From positions 64,001 to 128,000 of the forward strand of contig JBNKUM010000024.1 of the NCBI GenBank assembly GCA_050298595.1: 64,000 nt of DNA. Direction: 5' to 3'. The stretch comes from Gammaproteobacteria bacterium (GTDB taxonomy: Bacteria > Pseudomonadota > Gammaproteobacteria > GCA-001735895). A program made the position numbers and the translations under genes. Shown piece by piece: positions 21,467 through 32,091 of this stretch (positions within the stretch are counted from its first letter, which is position 1; every line of letters begins with the position of its first letter). A model generated the notes under the pieces. The model saw nothing but the letters and a program-made list of their open reading frames with translations, did not search any database and was not told the DNA's origin.

Positions 21467-22924
21467 CTACGATAAAAACCTTGAAGCGTTTATCAGCATA
21501 TGTGCATAGATACTGGCGGCATAACCCAGGGCAATCACCGGCATCCATTTCAAATGCCCGAAAAAGGTGTAATAGCCTCTGGCCTGCCCCATCAATGCGA
21601 CACCAGCCGCTGAACCGATTGACAACAGACTACCGCCAACACCAGCCGTCAGGGTAACCAGTAACCACTGTCCTTCTGCCATATCAGGATTCATCGTTAA
21701 CACGGCAAACATAACCGGAATATTATCAACAATGGCAGATAATAATCCGACCATCACGTTCGCGTTTGTAGCGCCCAGATCCATATACATGAATTCAGAA
21801 GCCAGCGCCAGATAACCGATTAAGCCCAGACCTCCAACGCATAAAATAACACCATAAAAGAAGAATAGAGTATCCCACTCGGCCAGTTTCACCTTGTTGA
21901 AGATATCAAAGTAATCATCAGTGGAAACATCATCCATTGCTTGAATGCCTGTTTCATGTTCAACAATATTGATATCCGCATAGTTTTTTCCATGCTTCTT
22001 CTTTTTCAGGTAATAACCAAAAAACATCAGGTAACTCAGTCCCGTCATCATCCCTGCTACAGGAGGAAGATGTACAAAATTGTGAAAGCTGACTGCAGTT
22101 ACAATGGTCAAAATAAACAGTACAACAATACCGACTGCACCCGGCTTCATGATTACTTTTTCATCTAGCGCGTCAGGTTTATCGTTGGATACGAAAAATG
22201 ACATGATCACTGCCGGTACTAAGAAGTTAACAACAGAAGGGAGAAACAGTACGAAGAAGGTACCGAAATCAATAATTCCTTTCTGCCATACCATCAGGGT
22301 TGTGATATCACCAAAGGGGCTAAAAGCCCCCCCTGCATTGGCCGCTACAACGATATTGATACAGGCTAACAGGATGAAGTTTTTATTGCCGACACCAACC
22401 GACAATACCACTGCACACATCAACAGGGCGGTAGTCAGATTATCGGCTATGGGTGAGATAAAGAATGCAAGAATACCGGTAATCCAGAACAGCTGGCGCA
22501 AGGTGAATCCCTTGGTAACCATCCAGGCTTTGAGTCGATCAAACACCAGCCTTTCTTCCATCGCGTTGATATAGGTCATCGCCACCAGCAGGAATAAAAA
22601 CAACTCTCCATACTCAAGGATGTTGTGTCGAATCGCAGTTTCAGCAGTATGGGTATCTCCATGTTGGCTATAGACGATAGCCAACAGCAGCCAGATCATG
22701 CCCGCAGCAAGAATGACCGGTTTAGATTTCCGTAAATGTATAAATTCTTCCATCATCACCAACGCATAGGCGGCAACAAAGATAATGATAGAGCTGATGC
22801 CGACCCAATGATGAGTCAGGTCGAGCTTCTCGCCGCTAGCTGACGACGCAATACTGACAGCGGGAATGAACAGGCCTGCGAATAATGCACACAGGGACCA
22901 GAATGAGGCTAGTCTGAACTTCAT
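21467..22924 (-). CDS. nhaD: Na+/H+ antiporter NhaD
   Basis: LRKSKPV, SPIADNLTTAL, AANAGGAFSPFGDITTLMVW, SAIVDNIP, GGSLLSIGSAAGVALMG. Confidence 0.95.
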   Translation of the reverse strand: MKFRLASFWSLCALFAGLFIPAVSIASSASGEKLDLTHHWVGISSIIIFVAAYALVMMEEFIHLRKSKPVILAAGMIWLLLAIVYSQHGDTHTAETAIRHNILEYGELFLFLLVAMTYINAMEERLVFDRLKAWMVTKGFTLRQLFWITGILAFFISPIADNLTTALLMCAVVLSVGVGNKNFILLACINIVVAANAGGAFSPFGDITTLMVWQKGIIDFGTFFVLFLPSVVNFLVPAVIMSFFVSNDKPDALDEKVIMKPGAVGIVVLFILTIVTAVSFHNFVHLPPVAGMMTGLSYLMFFGYYLKKKKHGKNYADINIVEHETGIQAMDDVSTDDYFDIFNKVKLAEWDTLFFFYGVILCVGGLGLIGYLALASEFMYMDLGATNANVMVGLLSAIVDNIPVMFAVLTMNPDMAEGQWLLVTLTAGVGGSLLSIGSAAGVALMGQARGYYTFFGHLKWMPVIALGYAASIYAHMLINASRFLS

Positions 22925-22987
22925 TGTTTCTCCTTAGATTTCAAATACCGCTAAGCACGGGTATTGAGAATTAATATCTAGATGAGC

Positions 22988-23004
22988 TATTTATCAGATA
23001 AATA
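22988..23004. promoter_or_regulatory. Palindrome upstream of nhaD, candidate operator
   Basis: TATTTATC-A-GATAAATA perfect inverted repeat about 65 bp upstream of the nhaD start. Confidence 0.4.
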
Positions 23005-23074
23005 CTCGTTAGTAATCAGTTAAAAATTCTATAGTTGTTATAGAGAGAGCCTCTATTACATTAATGCTTTGGCA

Positions 23075-24028
23075 TCAATCCAGTACACCACTAGCCTGTA
23101 TGTCGGCATGATAGGATGAACGTACCATAGGCCCACTGGCAACCTGATCAAATCCAATCTCATAGGCGAAGGATTCAAGTTGTTTAAATTCATCCGGAGT
23201 CACGTAGCGATCCACCGCCAGGTGATCGCGACTGGGTTGTAGATATTGCCCCAGGGTCAGCATGTTAACATCATGAGCACGTAAATCACGCAACAGTTGC
23301 TCAACCTCCTGCATTTCTTCGCCCAGCCCAAGCATAATGCCGGATTTTGTGGGTATATCTGGATGTTGTTGCTTAAAGTTCTTAAGTAAATCCAGCGACC
23401 ATTGATAATCTGCACCGGGTCGGATTTTTTTATATAACCGGGGTACCGATTCCAGATTATGGTTGAAAACATCGGGTAATGACTGACTGAGTATATCCAG
23501 AGCGATTTGCATGCGTCCGCGAAAATCCGGTGTCAGGATTTCGATCTGAATATCAGGATTGAGCTGACGTGTTTGCTCAATGCAATCAACAAAATGCTGA
23601 GCACCTCCATCACGCAGGTCATCCCGGTCTACCGAGGTCAGCACCACATAACGCAACTTCATATTCTGAATGGTTTTAGCCACGTTATAGGGTTCATCCT
23701 TGTTTAACGGGTTGGGACGCCCATGCCCTACATCGCAGAAAGGGCAACGTCGCGTGCAGATATCACCCATAATCATAAAGGTCGCCGTACCCTTAGAAAA
23801 ACACTCACCCAGATTAGGGCAGGCTGCCTCTTCGCATACGGTATACAGATTATTTTCACGCAGGGTGCTTTTCAACTGCCTGACGGTTTCACTGGTAGGC
23901 GCTTTGGCTCGAATCCAGGACGGTTTGCGTGCCAATGTTTGTGCGGGCACCACTTTGATTGGAATGCCTGCAACCTTGTCGGCACCCTTGAGTTTCACAC
24001 CCTGCACTATTTTTTTATTTTTGCTCAT
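23075..24028 (-). CDS. lipA: Lipoyl synthase
   Basis: [12 protein letters not shown] and CTRRCPFC clusters, VRSSY. Confidence 0.98.
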   Translation of the reverse strand: MSKNKKIVQGVKLKGADKVAGIPIKVVPAQTLARKPSWIRAKAPTSETVRQLKSTLRENNLYTVCEEAACPNLGECFSKGTATFMIMGDICTRRCPFCDVGHGRPNPLNKDEPYNVAKTIQNMKLRYVVLTSVDRDDLRDGGAQHFVDCIEQTRQLNPDIQIEILTPDFRGRMQIALDILSQSLPDVFNHNLESVPRLYKKIRPGADYQWSLDLLKNFKQQHPDIPTKSGIMLGLGEEMQEVEQLLRDLRAHDVNMLTLGQYLQPSRDHLAVDRYVTPDEFKQLESFAYEIGFDQVASGPMVRSSYHADIQASGVLD

Positions 24029-24641
24029 AACCTATGGTTTCGAATAATTGCGAACATAACTGCTGCTCTACCTGCTGCCGAGAAAACTCAGGTACCAGGT
24101 CGACCAGTTGAATAACCGGTAAATCTTTATAGCCGCAGGGATCTATGCCGGAGAAGGGCGTCAGATCCATATCCAGATTCAGACTCAGTCCATGATAGCA
24201 ACAGGCCTTACGAACACGTAGGCCCAGTGCGGCGATCTTGGCAACGCCCACATACACACCGGGGGCGTCCCTACGCGCATGAGCATCGATGTCGTAGCCC
24301 TGTAAGAAGTTCACCACGCCCTGCTCCAGGCTCATCACCAGTGAGCGAATACCTATGCCCAGCCGATTCAGATCGAGCAGAAAATACACGATTAACTGGC
24401 CCGGACCGTGGTAGGTGACCTGGCCGCCCCTGTCCACCTTCACCACAGGAATATTTCCTGTGTTAAGCACATGCTCTTTGCGGCCATTTAAGCCCAGGGT
24501 ATACACCGGATTATGTTCGGTTAACCAGAACTCGTCTCGTGTTTCAGCATCGCGTTGCTCGGTAAACTGTTTCATCGCCTGCCATACCGGTTCGTAATCG
24601 GTACGCCCCAGATGCTGGATATTGGGTAACTGCAAGGACAC
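24015..24641 (-). CDS. lipB: Octanoyltransferase
   Basis: [31 protein letters not shown]. Confidence 0.97.
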   Translation of the reverse strand: MSLQLPNIQHLGRTDYEPVWQAMKQFTEQRDAETRDEFWLTEHNPVYTLGLNGRKEHVLNTGNIPVVKVDRGGQVTYHGPGQLIVYFLLDLNRLGIGIRSLVMSLEQGVVNFLQGYDIDAHARRDAPGVYVGVAKIAALGLRVRKACCYHGLSLNLDMDLTPFSGIDPCGYKDLPVIQLVDLVPEFSRQQVEQQLCSQLFETIGYEQK

Positions 24642-24651
24642 GGCTAAACCG

Positions 24652-24939
24652 TTATAAGGACATCACGACATGCTCACTGGCAGTCAATGAGTAATAGATA
24701 TCATCCAGTTGTTGACGACTATGAGCGGTAAAAGTAATGGTCAGAGATTGATATTTACCCTTAGAACTTTGATTTCGATGCACGCTGAACTCAGTAGATT
24801 CTGGACAATGCGCAGCAACCAGCTCCAGCACTATGCCTTCGAAAGACTCGTTATTCAAACCGAAAACCTTAAGTGGAAACTCGCAGGGGAATTCTAGCAG
24901 CTCGCTTAAATCCTGATCTGAAGATAGATCCTGAGTCAT
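24652..24939 (-). CDS. ybeD: YbeD / DUF493 protein
   Basis: LLEFPCEFPLKV, SSKGKYQSLT; usual position before lipB. Confidence 0.93.
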   Translation of the reverse strand: MTQDLSSDQDLSELLEFPCEFPLKVFGLNNESFEGIVLELVAAHCPESTEFSVHRNQSSKGKYQSLTITFTAHSRQQLDDIYYSLTASEHVVMSL

Positions 24940-24942
24940 CTA

Positions 24943-25800
24943 TTAACCTCGCATGACTGATTTTTTAAAATCCTGATACAGATCGATCAACTGCATCCAC
25001 ATAGGACCTGGAACACCCTTACCTACCTTATGCTGATTCAGGGTAGTTACCGGCATGATTTCACGCGTAGAAGAAGTCATCCAGATTTCATCTGCATCGT
25101 GTAATTTATCTTCGCTAACCGGCATTTCACGCACCAGAATTTTATTTTTGTTGCAGATTTCTATGATCAGTTCACGCGTGATACCACCCAGCATATAACG
25201 TGTTTGGGGTGGGGTTAAGATCACTTCGTCCTTAATCACAAACAGGTTGCTGGAGGTGCCTTCTACAGCCAGATTGTCACGTATCAGAATGGCCTCCTGA
25301 GCACCCGCATCAACCGCCTGTTGTCTCAATAGCACATTGGGCAAAAGATTGATGGACTTGATGTAGCAATTCATCCAGCGATTATCATCCAGAGTGATCG
25401 CTCTAATCCCCTTCGTATCCTTATTTTGCGAGGGATAGTCCAGGGCCTGACACATCACCAGCACGGTGGGCTTCATATCACGATCATAGGCCTGATCTCG
25501 AACCTGCATAACACCACGCGTAATTTGCAGATAAATAAAGCCATCACCCTGATGGATATTATTTTCAATCAAAGAGCTGAATATTTCGGGCATTGCGTTT
25601 TCACACTCAGCGCAAGACATATCTACTGCTTGCAGACTGCGTTGCAGACGTTGCAAATGCTCATCCACACGGAAAACCTTTCCGCTATAAACCGGCAAAA
25701 CTTCATACACCCCATCACCGAACATAAAGCCTCGATCCAGCACTGGAATACAGGCTGTTTCGGCTGGTACATAATTTCCATTTAAATAAACTAGATCCAT
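24943..25800 (-). CDS. dat: D-amino acid aminotransferase (class IV PLP)
   Basis: DRGFMFGDGVYEV, YLQITRG, IKSINLLPNVL, EGTSSN; start at MDLVYLNG. Confidence 0.88.
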   Translation of the reverse strand: MDLVYLNGNYVPAETACIPVLDRGFMFGDGVYEVLPVYSGKVFRVDEHLQRLQRSLQAVDMSCAECENAMPEIFSSLIENNIHQGDGFIYLQITRGVMQVRDQAYDRDMKPTVLVMCQALDYPSQNKDTKGIRAITLDDNRWMNCYIKSINLLPNVLLRQQAVDAGAQEAILIRDNLAVEGTSSNLFVIKDEVILTPPQTRYMLGGITRELIIEICNKNKILVREMPVSEDKLHDADEIWMTSSTREIMPVTTLNQHKVGKGVPGPMWMQLIDLYQDFKKSVMRG

Positions 25801-25816
25801 ATAAGTGTCCTGTGAC

Positions 25817-26956
25817 CTATTCAAAAAGTAGTTTGATGCTATCGATAGCTTTCTGCACGATACCACCATCATTAACCGCCTGCATAGCCACCAGCGGTTG
25901 AGAAATGATGACTTCGTCATCCAGCTTAACCTTTAACATTCCAAGTTCCTGACCCAACGCTATCGGCGCAGAGATACGTTGATCAATTTCTATAGAAGCA
26001 TCCAGGTTCTTATAGCGTCCACGCGCTATAGTGACAAATACATCCTGTTGCACACCCAGAGAAACCTGCTCCTGGTCGCCATACCAGACGCGCGCCTGAT
26101 TGAGTACGTCATTGGTACGATACAGTTTCTGGGTTTCAAAGAACCTAAAACCGTAGTTTAGCAGTGTCTGGCTATTCTGCGTGCGCGCTTTATCCGAATC
26201 GGTGCCCAGTACCACGGATATCAGACGCATATCGTCGCGCTTGGCTGAACTTGCCAGACAGTACCCAGCGGCTTCGGTATGCCCGGTTTTCAGCCCATCT
26301 ACCGATTCATCGCGCCACAGTAAACGGTTGCGATTGAACTGGCGAATATCATTGAAGGTATATTCCTTCTCGCGGTAAAAAAGATAGGTTTCAGGGAAAT
26401 CACGAATAATCGCCTGACTCAATAATGCGATATCGCGCGCTGTACTGTAATGCTCTTTATGTGGCCAACCTGTGGAATTCTGAAAGTGACTATTTTTCAT
26501 GCCCAGTAAAGCAGCCTGATGATTCATATACTCAACAAACGCCTGTTCAGAACCAGCAATATGCTCTGCCAGCGCTACCGTAGCATCATTGCCCGACTGG
26601 ATGATCATACCCTTCATTAATTTTTCTACCGATACCTTCTTACCCACTTCGATAAACATTTTGGACCCCTTCATGCGCCAGGCCTTCTCACTTATCGTCA
26701 CCATATCGGTCATATTGATGTCACCCGATGCCAATGCCTTATCCACCAGATAGGCAGTCATGAGCTTGGTGATACTGGCGGGTTCTACACGTTTATCAGG
26801 GTCTTTCTCTGCCAACACCTTACTACTGGCAAAATCCATCAGGATAAAACTATCCGCTGCCAGCTCAGGCGCCTGAGGAACAGGTTTTACTGCTGCGAAC
26901 AGGGGCTGACTTAGGAACCATAAAAGTGAAACAAACAGGAGTTGAAAAATATTCAT
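25817..26956 (-). CDS. dacA: D-alanyl-D-alanine carboxypeptidase (PBP5/6)
   Basis: SITK, SGN, KTG motifs. Confidence 0.93.
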   Translation of the reverse strand: MNIFQLLFVSLLWFLSQPLFAAVKPVPQAPELAADSFILMDFASSKVLAEKDPDKRVEPASITKLMTAYLVDKALASGDINMTDMVTISEKAWRMKGSKMFIEVGKKVSVEKLMKGMIIQSGNDATVALAEHIAGSEQAFVEYMNHQAALLGMKNSHFQNSTGWPHKEHYSTARDIALLSQAIIRDFPETYLFYREKEYTFNDIRQFNRNRLLWRDESVDGLKTGHTEAAGYCLASSAKRDDMRLISVVLGTDSDKARTQNSQTLLNYGFRFFETQKLYRTNDVLNQARVWYGDQEQVSLGVQQDVFVTIARGRYKNLDASIEIDQRISAPIALGQELGMLKVKLDDEVIISQPLVAMQAVNDGGIVQKAIDSIKLLFE

Positions 26957-27088
26957 AGAGGAAAGATAACTAAACCGGTTGCGTGCTAAATTAAAAGAAT
27001 AGATTGTACCTTAGCTGGGTAGAAAATTAACCCCCTGCCCGGCATGCTATTAAGGAATGAGGAATAATATACTTACACTGACAGTAGA

Positions 27089-27889
27089 TTAATTCTCACC
27101 CACCACAATCCTGACGTTTTGATAGCCTTTGCGCAACAATCGTTTCTGCACAGACTCGGCTTCAGTAACATCCAGCAAAGGCCCAAGTCGTACACGATAA
27201 AATGTGCCCGAGCCAGTATCAATAGAAGATATTAAAATTGCCTGTTCATTCTGCGCTTTCAACTGGTTACGCATATTAATCGCATTAACTTCACTACCAA
27301 AGGAGCCCAACTGCAGAAAGATTTCTCCTGCGCTATCCTCAAGTGTGGCCGTTTGTAGCGGAATAGCTCGAACCGGAGGCCGTGGTTCGGTAGCGGCGGA
27401 TTTATGATCAGTGGCAGATAGCGCAGTAATCTCTACCTCGGCAGTGCCTGGCCCGATTACACCCAGTTGTTTAGCGGCAGCCTGGGACAAATCGATAATA
27501 CGATCATTAACGAACGGCCCCCTGTCGTTGACCTTAACCACTACAGTCTTTCCATTAGCTAGATTTTTAACACGTACCATAGTCGGTAATGGCAGGGTTT
27601 TATGTGCTGCCGTCATCGCATGCATATTATAGGTTTCACCACTGGAGGTTCTTTTACCGTGAAAGTCTGGACCATACCATGAAGCCGTGCCACGCTGTAC
27701 AAAGCCCCTCGCTGACTGCATCACGAAATAGCGTTTTCCAAATACCACATAAGAGCCAGGGTTTCCATGTTTCGATTTTCCTGTACTATCTAGCTCGATA
27801 CTGTCAGATCCAGGGCTGTCTCCCATCGGCACGCCAAAGGTACAGCCAGATAGAATAACTAAAGCTATCAGAAGAGCCAGTAAACGCAT
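27089..27889 (-). CDS. rlpA: Septal lytic transglycosylase RlpA (lipoprotein with SPOR domain)
   Basis: Lipobox LSGC, GTASWYG, AAHKTLP, VNDRGPF, IDLS. Confidence 0.96.
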   Translation of the reverse strand: MRLLALLIALVILSGCTFGVPMGDSPGSDSIELDSTGKSKHGNPGSYVVFGKRYFVMQSARGFVQRGTASWYGPDFHGKRTSSGETYNMHAMTAAHKTLPLPTMVRVKNLANGKTVVVKVNDRGPFVNDRIIDLSQAAAKQLGVIGPGTAEVEITALSATDHKSAATEPRPPVRAIPLQTATLEDSAGEIFLQLGSFGSEVNAINMRNQLKAQNEQAILISSIDTGSGTFYRVRLGPLLDVTEAESVQKRLLRKGYQNVRIVVGEN

Positions 27890-27891
27890 AC

Positions 27892-28875
27892 TTACTCTAC
27901 GCCCTGCTTCAGTTTCTGACTGAGTTGATAAACCGCCATAGCGTATAAAGGGGAATGGTTATAACGGGTAATCACATAAAAATTCTGTAACCCTGCCCAA
28001 TACTCAGCATGATCTTGCTGTTCAAACTTTAATAGTGCAACCTTCAGATCATCGTCCAGCGGGGTTTTACTTTTAAACCCAACGGCTGTTAAATCCTTCC
28101 AGTATTGATTGGGTTTCATTGCTGGCTCTATATCTATTTTTGAATTTTTCTGCTGTAAGCTGATGGGATAGGCAATCGGCTGTCCTTCAACCCAACCGTG
28201 CTTTTTAAAGTAATTGGCGACACTTGTCAGAATATCCGGCAGGCTTTCAAACAGGTTCGCTTTGGCATCGCCGTCACCATCCAGCGCAAAGTTTCTATAA
28301 CTGGACGCGATAAATTGCGGCATACCCATAGCGCCTGCATAGGAACCCATGACAGCACGAGTATCCAGACCATTCTCTTTACTCAGGATCAGAAACTGTT
28401 CCAGTTCACGGGTAAAAAACTCGGCGCGCTTGGGGTAATCGAAGGCAAAAGTAACCAGGGTATCAAACACGGGTGATTTTCCTTTATAAACTCCGTAAAA
28501 GGTTTCTACACCGACAATAGCAATGATAATTTCAGCTGGAACCTTAAAAGTTTTTTCGATCTGACTGATTAATTCTCGATTCTCTTTCCAGAACTGAATC
28601 CCCGCATTGATGCGCTTATCTGTCAGGAAGATATTTCGATACTGGTGCCATTCCAGTTTTTCTGCCGGCCGGTCCATAAGCTCGAACAGCTCTCGCTGAT
28701 TTTTGACCTGAGAAAACAGCTCAATCAACTCGGCCTCGCTATATTCACTAGTGGCAGCCATCTTGCGGATAAAGTCCTCAACATCAGTACGATAGCGGTA
28801 ATCGCCTTTATTTAGTTTTGCGGCCTGTAGCGACAATGGCAACAAAAGTATCGATAACAGTAAAACTCTTAACAT
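27892..28875 (-). CDS. mltB: Lytic murein transglycosylase B
   Basis: IVGVETFYG, GSYAGAMGMPQF, ITRYNHS. Confidence 0.95.
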   Translation of the reverse strand: MLRVLLLSILLLPLSLQAAKLNKGDYRYRTDVEDFIRKMAATSEYSEAELIELFSQVKNQRELFELMDRPAEKLEWHQYRNIFLTDKRINAGIQFWKENRELISQIEKTFKVPAEIIIAIVGVETFYGVYKGKSPVFDTLVTFAFDYPKRAEFFTRELEQFLILSKENGLDTRAVMGSYAGAMGMPQFIASSYRNFALDGDGDAKANLFESLPDILTSVANYFKKHGWVEGQPIAYPISLQQKNSKIDIEPAMKPNQYWKDLTAVGFKSKTPLDDDLKVALLKFEQQDHAEYWAGLQNFYVITRYNHSPLYAMAVYQLSQKLKQGVE

Positions 28876-28940
28876 TCTGGCTCCTTTGGGCCCAGTTTAT
28901 ATATGGAAATTCCTGTCGGAAAATCCCTATTGAAAAATTT

Positions 28941-30062
28941 CTATCGTAAAAAACGCTTGGCTGATCCGACCGCCATTATCATGCCGAACCCCGCCATAAG
29001 AGTCACCATAGAGGTGCCTCCATAACTCACCAGGGGTAAGGGTACACCAACCACCGGCAACAATCCTGTGACCATGCCGGTATTTACAAACAGGTAGACA
29101 AAAAAGGTGAGACTTAGTGCACCAGCCAGCAGTCGACCGTAGTTATCCTGAGACATTGTGGCGATGAATAAACCACGATAAATAATCAGTAAATACAGTA
29201 ATATCAGAAATAAACTGCCGAACAATCCAAATTCTTCACCAAATACGGAAAAGATAAAATCTGTCTGTCGCTCTGGTAAAAACTCCAGCTGCGACTGGGT
29301 ACCATTCAACCAGCCTTTGCCATACACACCGCCTGATCCTATGGCGATTTTGGATTGAATAATGTGATAGCCGGATCCCAGAGGATCAGATTCAGGATTG
29401 AGCAGGGTTAGTATGCGTCCACGCTGGTAATCATGCAGCCCAAACTTCCATAATAAGGGAGCCATCGCTGATATCACCAGCCCCAGAATAAAAAAGATTT
29501 TCCAGCGCACTCCCGCCAGAAAGAGCACAAAATACCCTGCACTTGCGACTAGCAACGCAGTTCCAAGGTCGGGCTGACGGGCAATCAGTATAACCGGGAT
29601 CAACACCAGCAAAGCAGAAACGGATAAATCTTTCCAGCCCACGGGTAATACCTTTTCCGATAGATAGGATGCCACCATCATAGGCATTGCCAACTTCATA
29701 AACTCTGAAGGTTGAAAGCGTATAAAGCCAAAATCCAGCCAGCGTTGCGCACCTTTACCGATCTCACCAAATATCATTACAGCGATCAGCAATAGCACAC
29801 CGCCCAGATAAAACCACATAGACAGTTTTTTTAGTACGCGCATTGATATATTGGCGATGCCTATCATCAGCACCACCGCCAATGCCAGACGCGTGATCTG
29901 CCTTATCAGCATATTAATATCGCTACCGCTGGCGCTAAATAGAATGACCAGCCCAAAACTGGACAGTATAAACAACAGCAACATAAGCACTGGATCAAGT
30001 CGAAATGCATCCAGTACACGACGCGAAATTGAATGCTGGTCATTCTCTGTATAATGATCCAT
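28941..30062 (-). CDS. rodA: Rod shape-determining protein RodA
   Basis: GAQRW, QPSEFMK, QPDLGT, GSGYHIIQS, PLVSYGGTS. Confidence 0.97.
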   Translation of the reverse strand: MDHYTENDQHSISRRVLDAFRLDPVLMLLLFILSSFGLVILFSASGSDINMLIRQITRLALAVVLMIGIANISMRVLKKLSMWFYLGGVLLLIAVMIFGEIGKGAQRWLDFGFIRFQPSEFMKLAMPMMVASYLSEKVLPVGWKDLSVSALLVLIPVILIARQPDLGTALLVASAGYFVLFLAGVRWKIFFILGLVISAMAPLLWKFGLHDYQRGRILTLLNPESDPLGSGYHIIQSKIAIGSGGVYGKGWLNGTQSQLEFLPERQTDFIFSVFGEEFGLFGSLFLILLYLLIIYRGLFIATMSQDNYGRLLAGALSLTFFVYLFVNTGMVTGLLPVVGVPLPLVSYGGTSMVTLMAGFGMIMAVGSAKRFLR

Positions 30063-31942
30063 TAATTACTCGCCTGTGTTTTATTTTCATTTTCATCTGG
30101 TTCTTTTAATAGGTAGGCATCCATAATCTTGCGCGCTATAGGCGCTGCCACTGAGCTACCATGCCCGCCATTTTCGACCACCACCGCCACGGCTATTTTT
30201 GGATCTTCTACCGGGGCAAAAGCCATAAATAGAGCATGGTCGCGTAACTTCTTCGTCACATTCTCTTCTTCGTATTCTTCATCCTGGGCAATACCAAAAA
30301 CCTGTGCGGTACCCGTCTTGCCCGCAATTTTATATTGAAGCCCCTGGGCGATACGGTGTGCGGTACCGCGTATATGATGTACTACATTGGTCATACCTCG
30401 TACGACATGATCCCAGTTGAGTTTTTTCTTTAACTTATATTCACTACTGAGTACCACTTCGACAGGCTGATCTGTCTGATCGACCGGGTTTTCTATGGAT
30501 TTCACCAGATGAGGCTTATACAGCTTGCCCTGCATGGCCAAAGCTCCTGTAGCGCTACTTAACTGTAAGGGTGTAACCAGCAAAGCTCCCTGGCCTATAC
30601 CCGTGATTAAAGTTTCACCCGGAAACCATGGCATGCCTCTGGCATTGCGTTTCCATTCGCGTGAAGGCATCAGGCCCGGGCGTTCACTGGTACTATCAAT
30701 CCCGGTACGACTGCCAAACCCGAACTGTTTCATAAATTCAGACATGCGATCTATGCCAAGATTGTAAGAGAGCTCATAAAAGTAAACATCACAGGATTGG
30801 GTAATTGCCCCATCCAGCGTCATGTACCCATGCCCCCCCTTTTTCCAGTCACGGTATTTACGCTCATCGTTGGGCAATTGATAGTAACCACCACAAAAAA
30901 CCTTATGCCCTGGCCCGATAACATTAGATTCCAGGCCAGCAAGACCGAAAAACGGCTTGGTTGTTGAGCCGGGCGGATACTGTCCGGTAATTGCGCGATT
31001 AAACAGCGGGCGCCTGGGTGAGTCACGTAAAGCACTGTAATTGGCCATACTGATACCATTGACAAACAGATTCGGATCAAAGCTTGGCATGCTTACCAAA
31101 GCAAGGATTTCACCATTACGAGGATCAATCGCCACCATAGAACCTTTCTGACCGGTAAACAGGTATTCCGCCAATTGCTGTAGTGATGAATCTATCGTCA
31201 GGTGCAGATTTTTGCCTGCTTTCGGTGCCTGTTCGTCCAGTACCCGTAAAGTCCGCCCGGAGGCATTTACTTCAACGCGCTGATAACCCACCTCACCATG
31301 TAACTCGGCTTCATAGTATTTCTCAAGCCCCAGCTTACCAATATGACTGGTGCCTGCGTAATTCGCTTCATCTAACTTGACCAGATCCCTCAGATCAATT
31401 CGCCCAACATAGCCCAGCGCATGCACAGCATGCTTGCCCAGGGGATAATTTCGCGTCAGACGCGCATTGATTTCCACACCATTAAAACGATGGATATTGA
31501 CTGCCAGTGCTGCGACTTCTTCATCGCTCAGATTAAGCAACAGAGGCACTGATTCAAATGACCTTCTGCGTTTGCTGGTTTCACGAAATCTGCTGACTTC
31601 CTGATCGGATATCTCAACCAGTTGTCTCAATTGTTGCAATGTTTCATCCATATCCTCAACCTGCTCTCGAATAATCTCTAATCGATAAGCAGGTAGATTA
31701 TCTGCAAGCACAATGCCATTACGGTCATAGATCAGTCCGCGCGTAGGAGGCAGCGCTTTGAGACTGACTCGATTTGACTCGGATAAGGTGGTGAAATGTT
31801 CATGATCAACGACCTGTAGCACATACAGACGCCCTAGCACCACCATCATCAACACAAAAACAATCAGCGCCGCTGCAATCAAGCGGTTCCTGATCAGTCT
31901 GGTTTCCAGATAATTATCTTTGAGTTTTTCTCGGTAGGCCAT
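30062..31942 (-). CDS. mrdA: Penicillin-binding protein 2
   Basis: PTRGLIYDRNG, STTK, SCD, KTGTAQ. Confidence 0.97.
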   Translation of the reverse strand: MAYREKLKDNYLETRLIRNRLIAAALIVFVLMMVVLGRLYVLQVVDHEHFTTLSESNRVSLKALPPTRGLIYDRNGIVLADNLPAYRLEIIREQVEDMDETLQQLRQLVEISDQEVSRFRETSKRRRSFESVPLLLNLSDEEVAALAVNIHRFNGVEINARLTRNYPLGKHAVHALGYVGRIDLRDLVKLDEANYAGTSHIGKLGLEKYYEAELHGEVGYQRVEVNASGRTLRVLDEQAPKAGKNLHLTIDSSLQQLAEYLFTGQKGSMVAIDPRNGEILALVSMPSFDPNLFVNGISMANYSALRDSPRRPLFNRAITGQYPPGSTTKPFFGLAGLESNVIGPGHKVFCGGYYQLPNDERKYRDWKKGGHGYMTLDGAITQSCDVYFYELSYNLGIDRMSEFMKQFGFGSRTGIDSTSERPGLMPSREWKRNARGMPWFPGETLITGIGQGALLVTPLQLSSATGALAMQGKLYKPHLVKSIENPVDQTDQPVEVVLSSEYKLKKKLNWDHVVRGMTNVVHHIRGTAHRIAQGLQYKIAGKTGTAQVFGIAQDEEYEEENVTKKLRDHALFMAFAPVEDPKIAVAVVVENGGHGSSVAAPIARKIMDAYLLKEPDENENKTQASN

Positions 31943-32034
31943 CAGCAGATGATGTCCAGTGGATACGGCATAAAATGATACGAAGCTTTAAAAAGTGACG
32001 CCATTAAACCACCGATTGCATGAATTTCAAGCTG

Positions 32035-32067
32035 AAAAAACAAAGCCTGCGCTATGCAGGCTTTGTT
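32035..32067 (-). terminator. Intrinsic terminator after hppA
   Basis: AACAAAGCCTGC / GCAGGCTTTGTT stem with a U tract on the minus strand. Confidence 0.85.
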
Positions 32068-32091
32068 AGTGGAACTGTTGCTAATTGATTT

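Noticed and set aside
23075-31942. mrdA-to-lipA block as a novel system
   Set aside because: This is a standard conserved proteobacterial gene order; only the absence of mreBCD or rlmH directly upstream is mildly notable.
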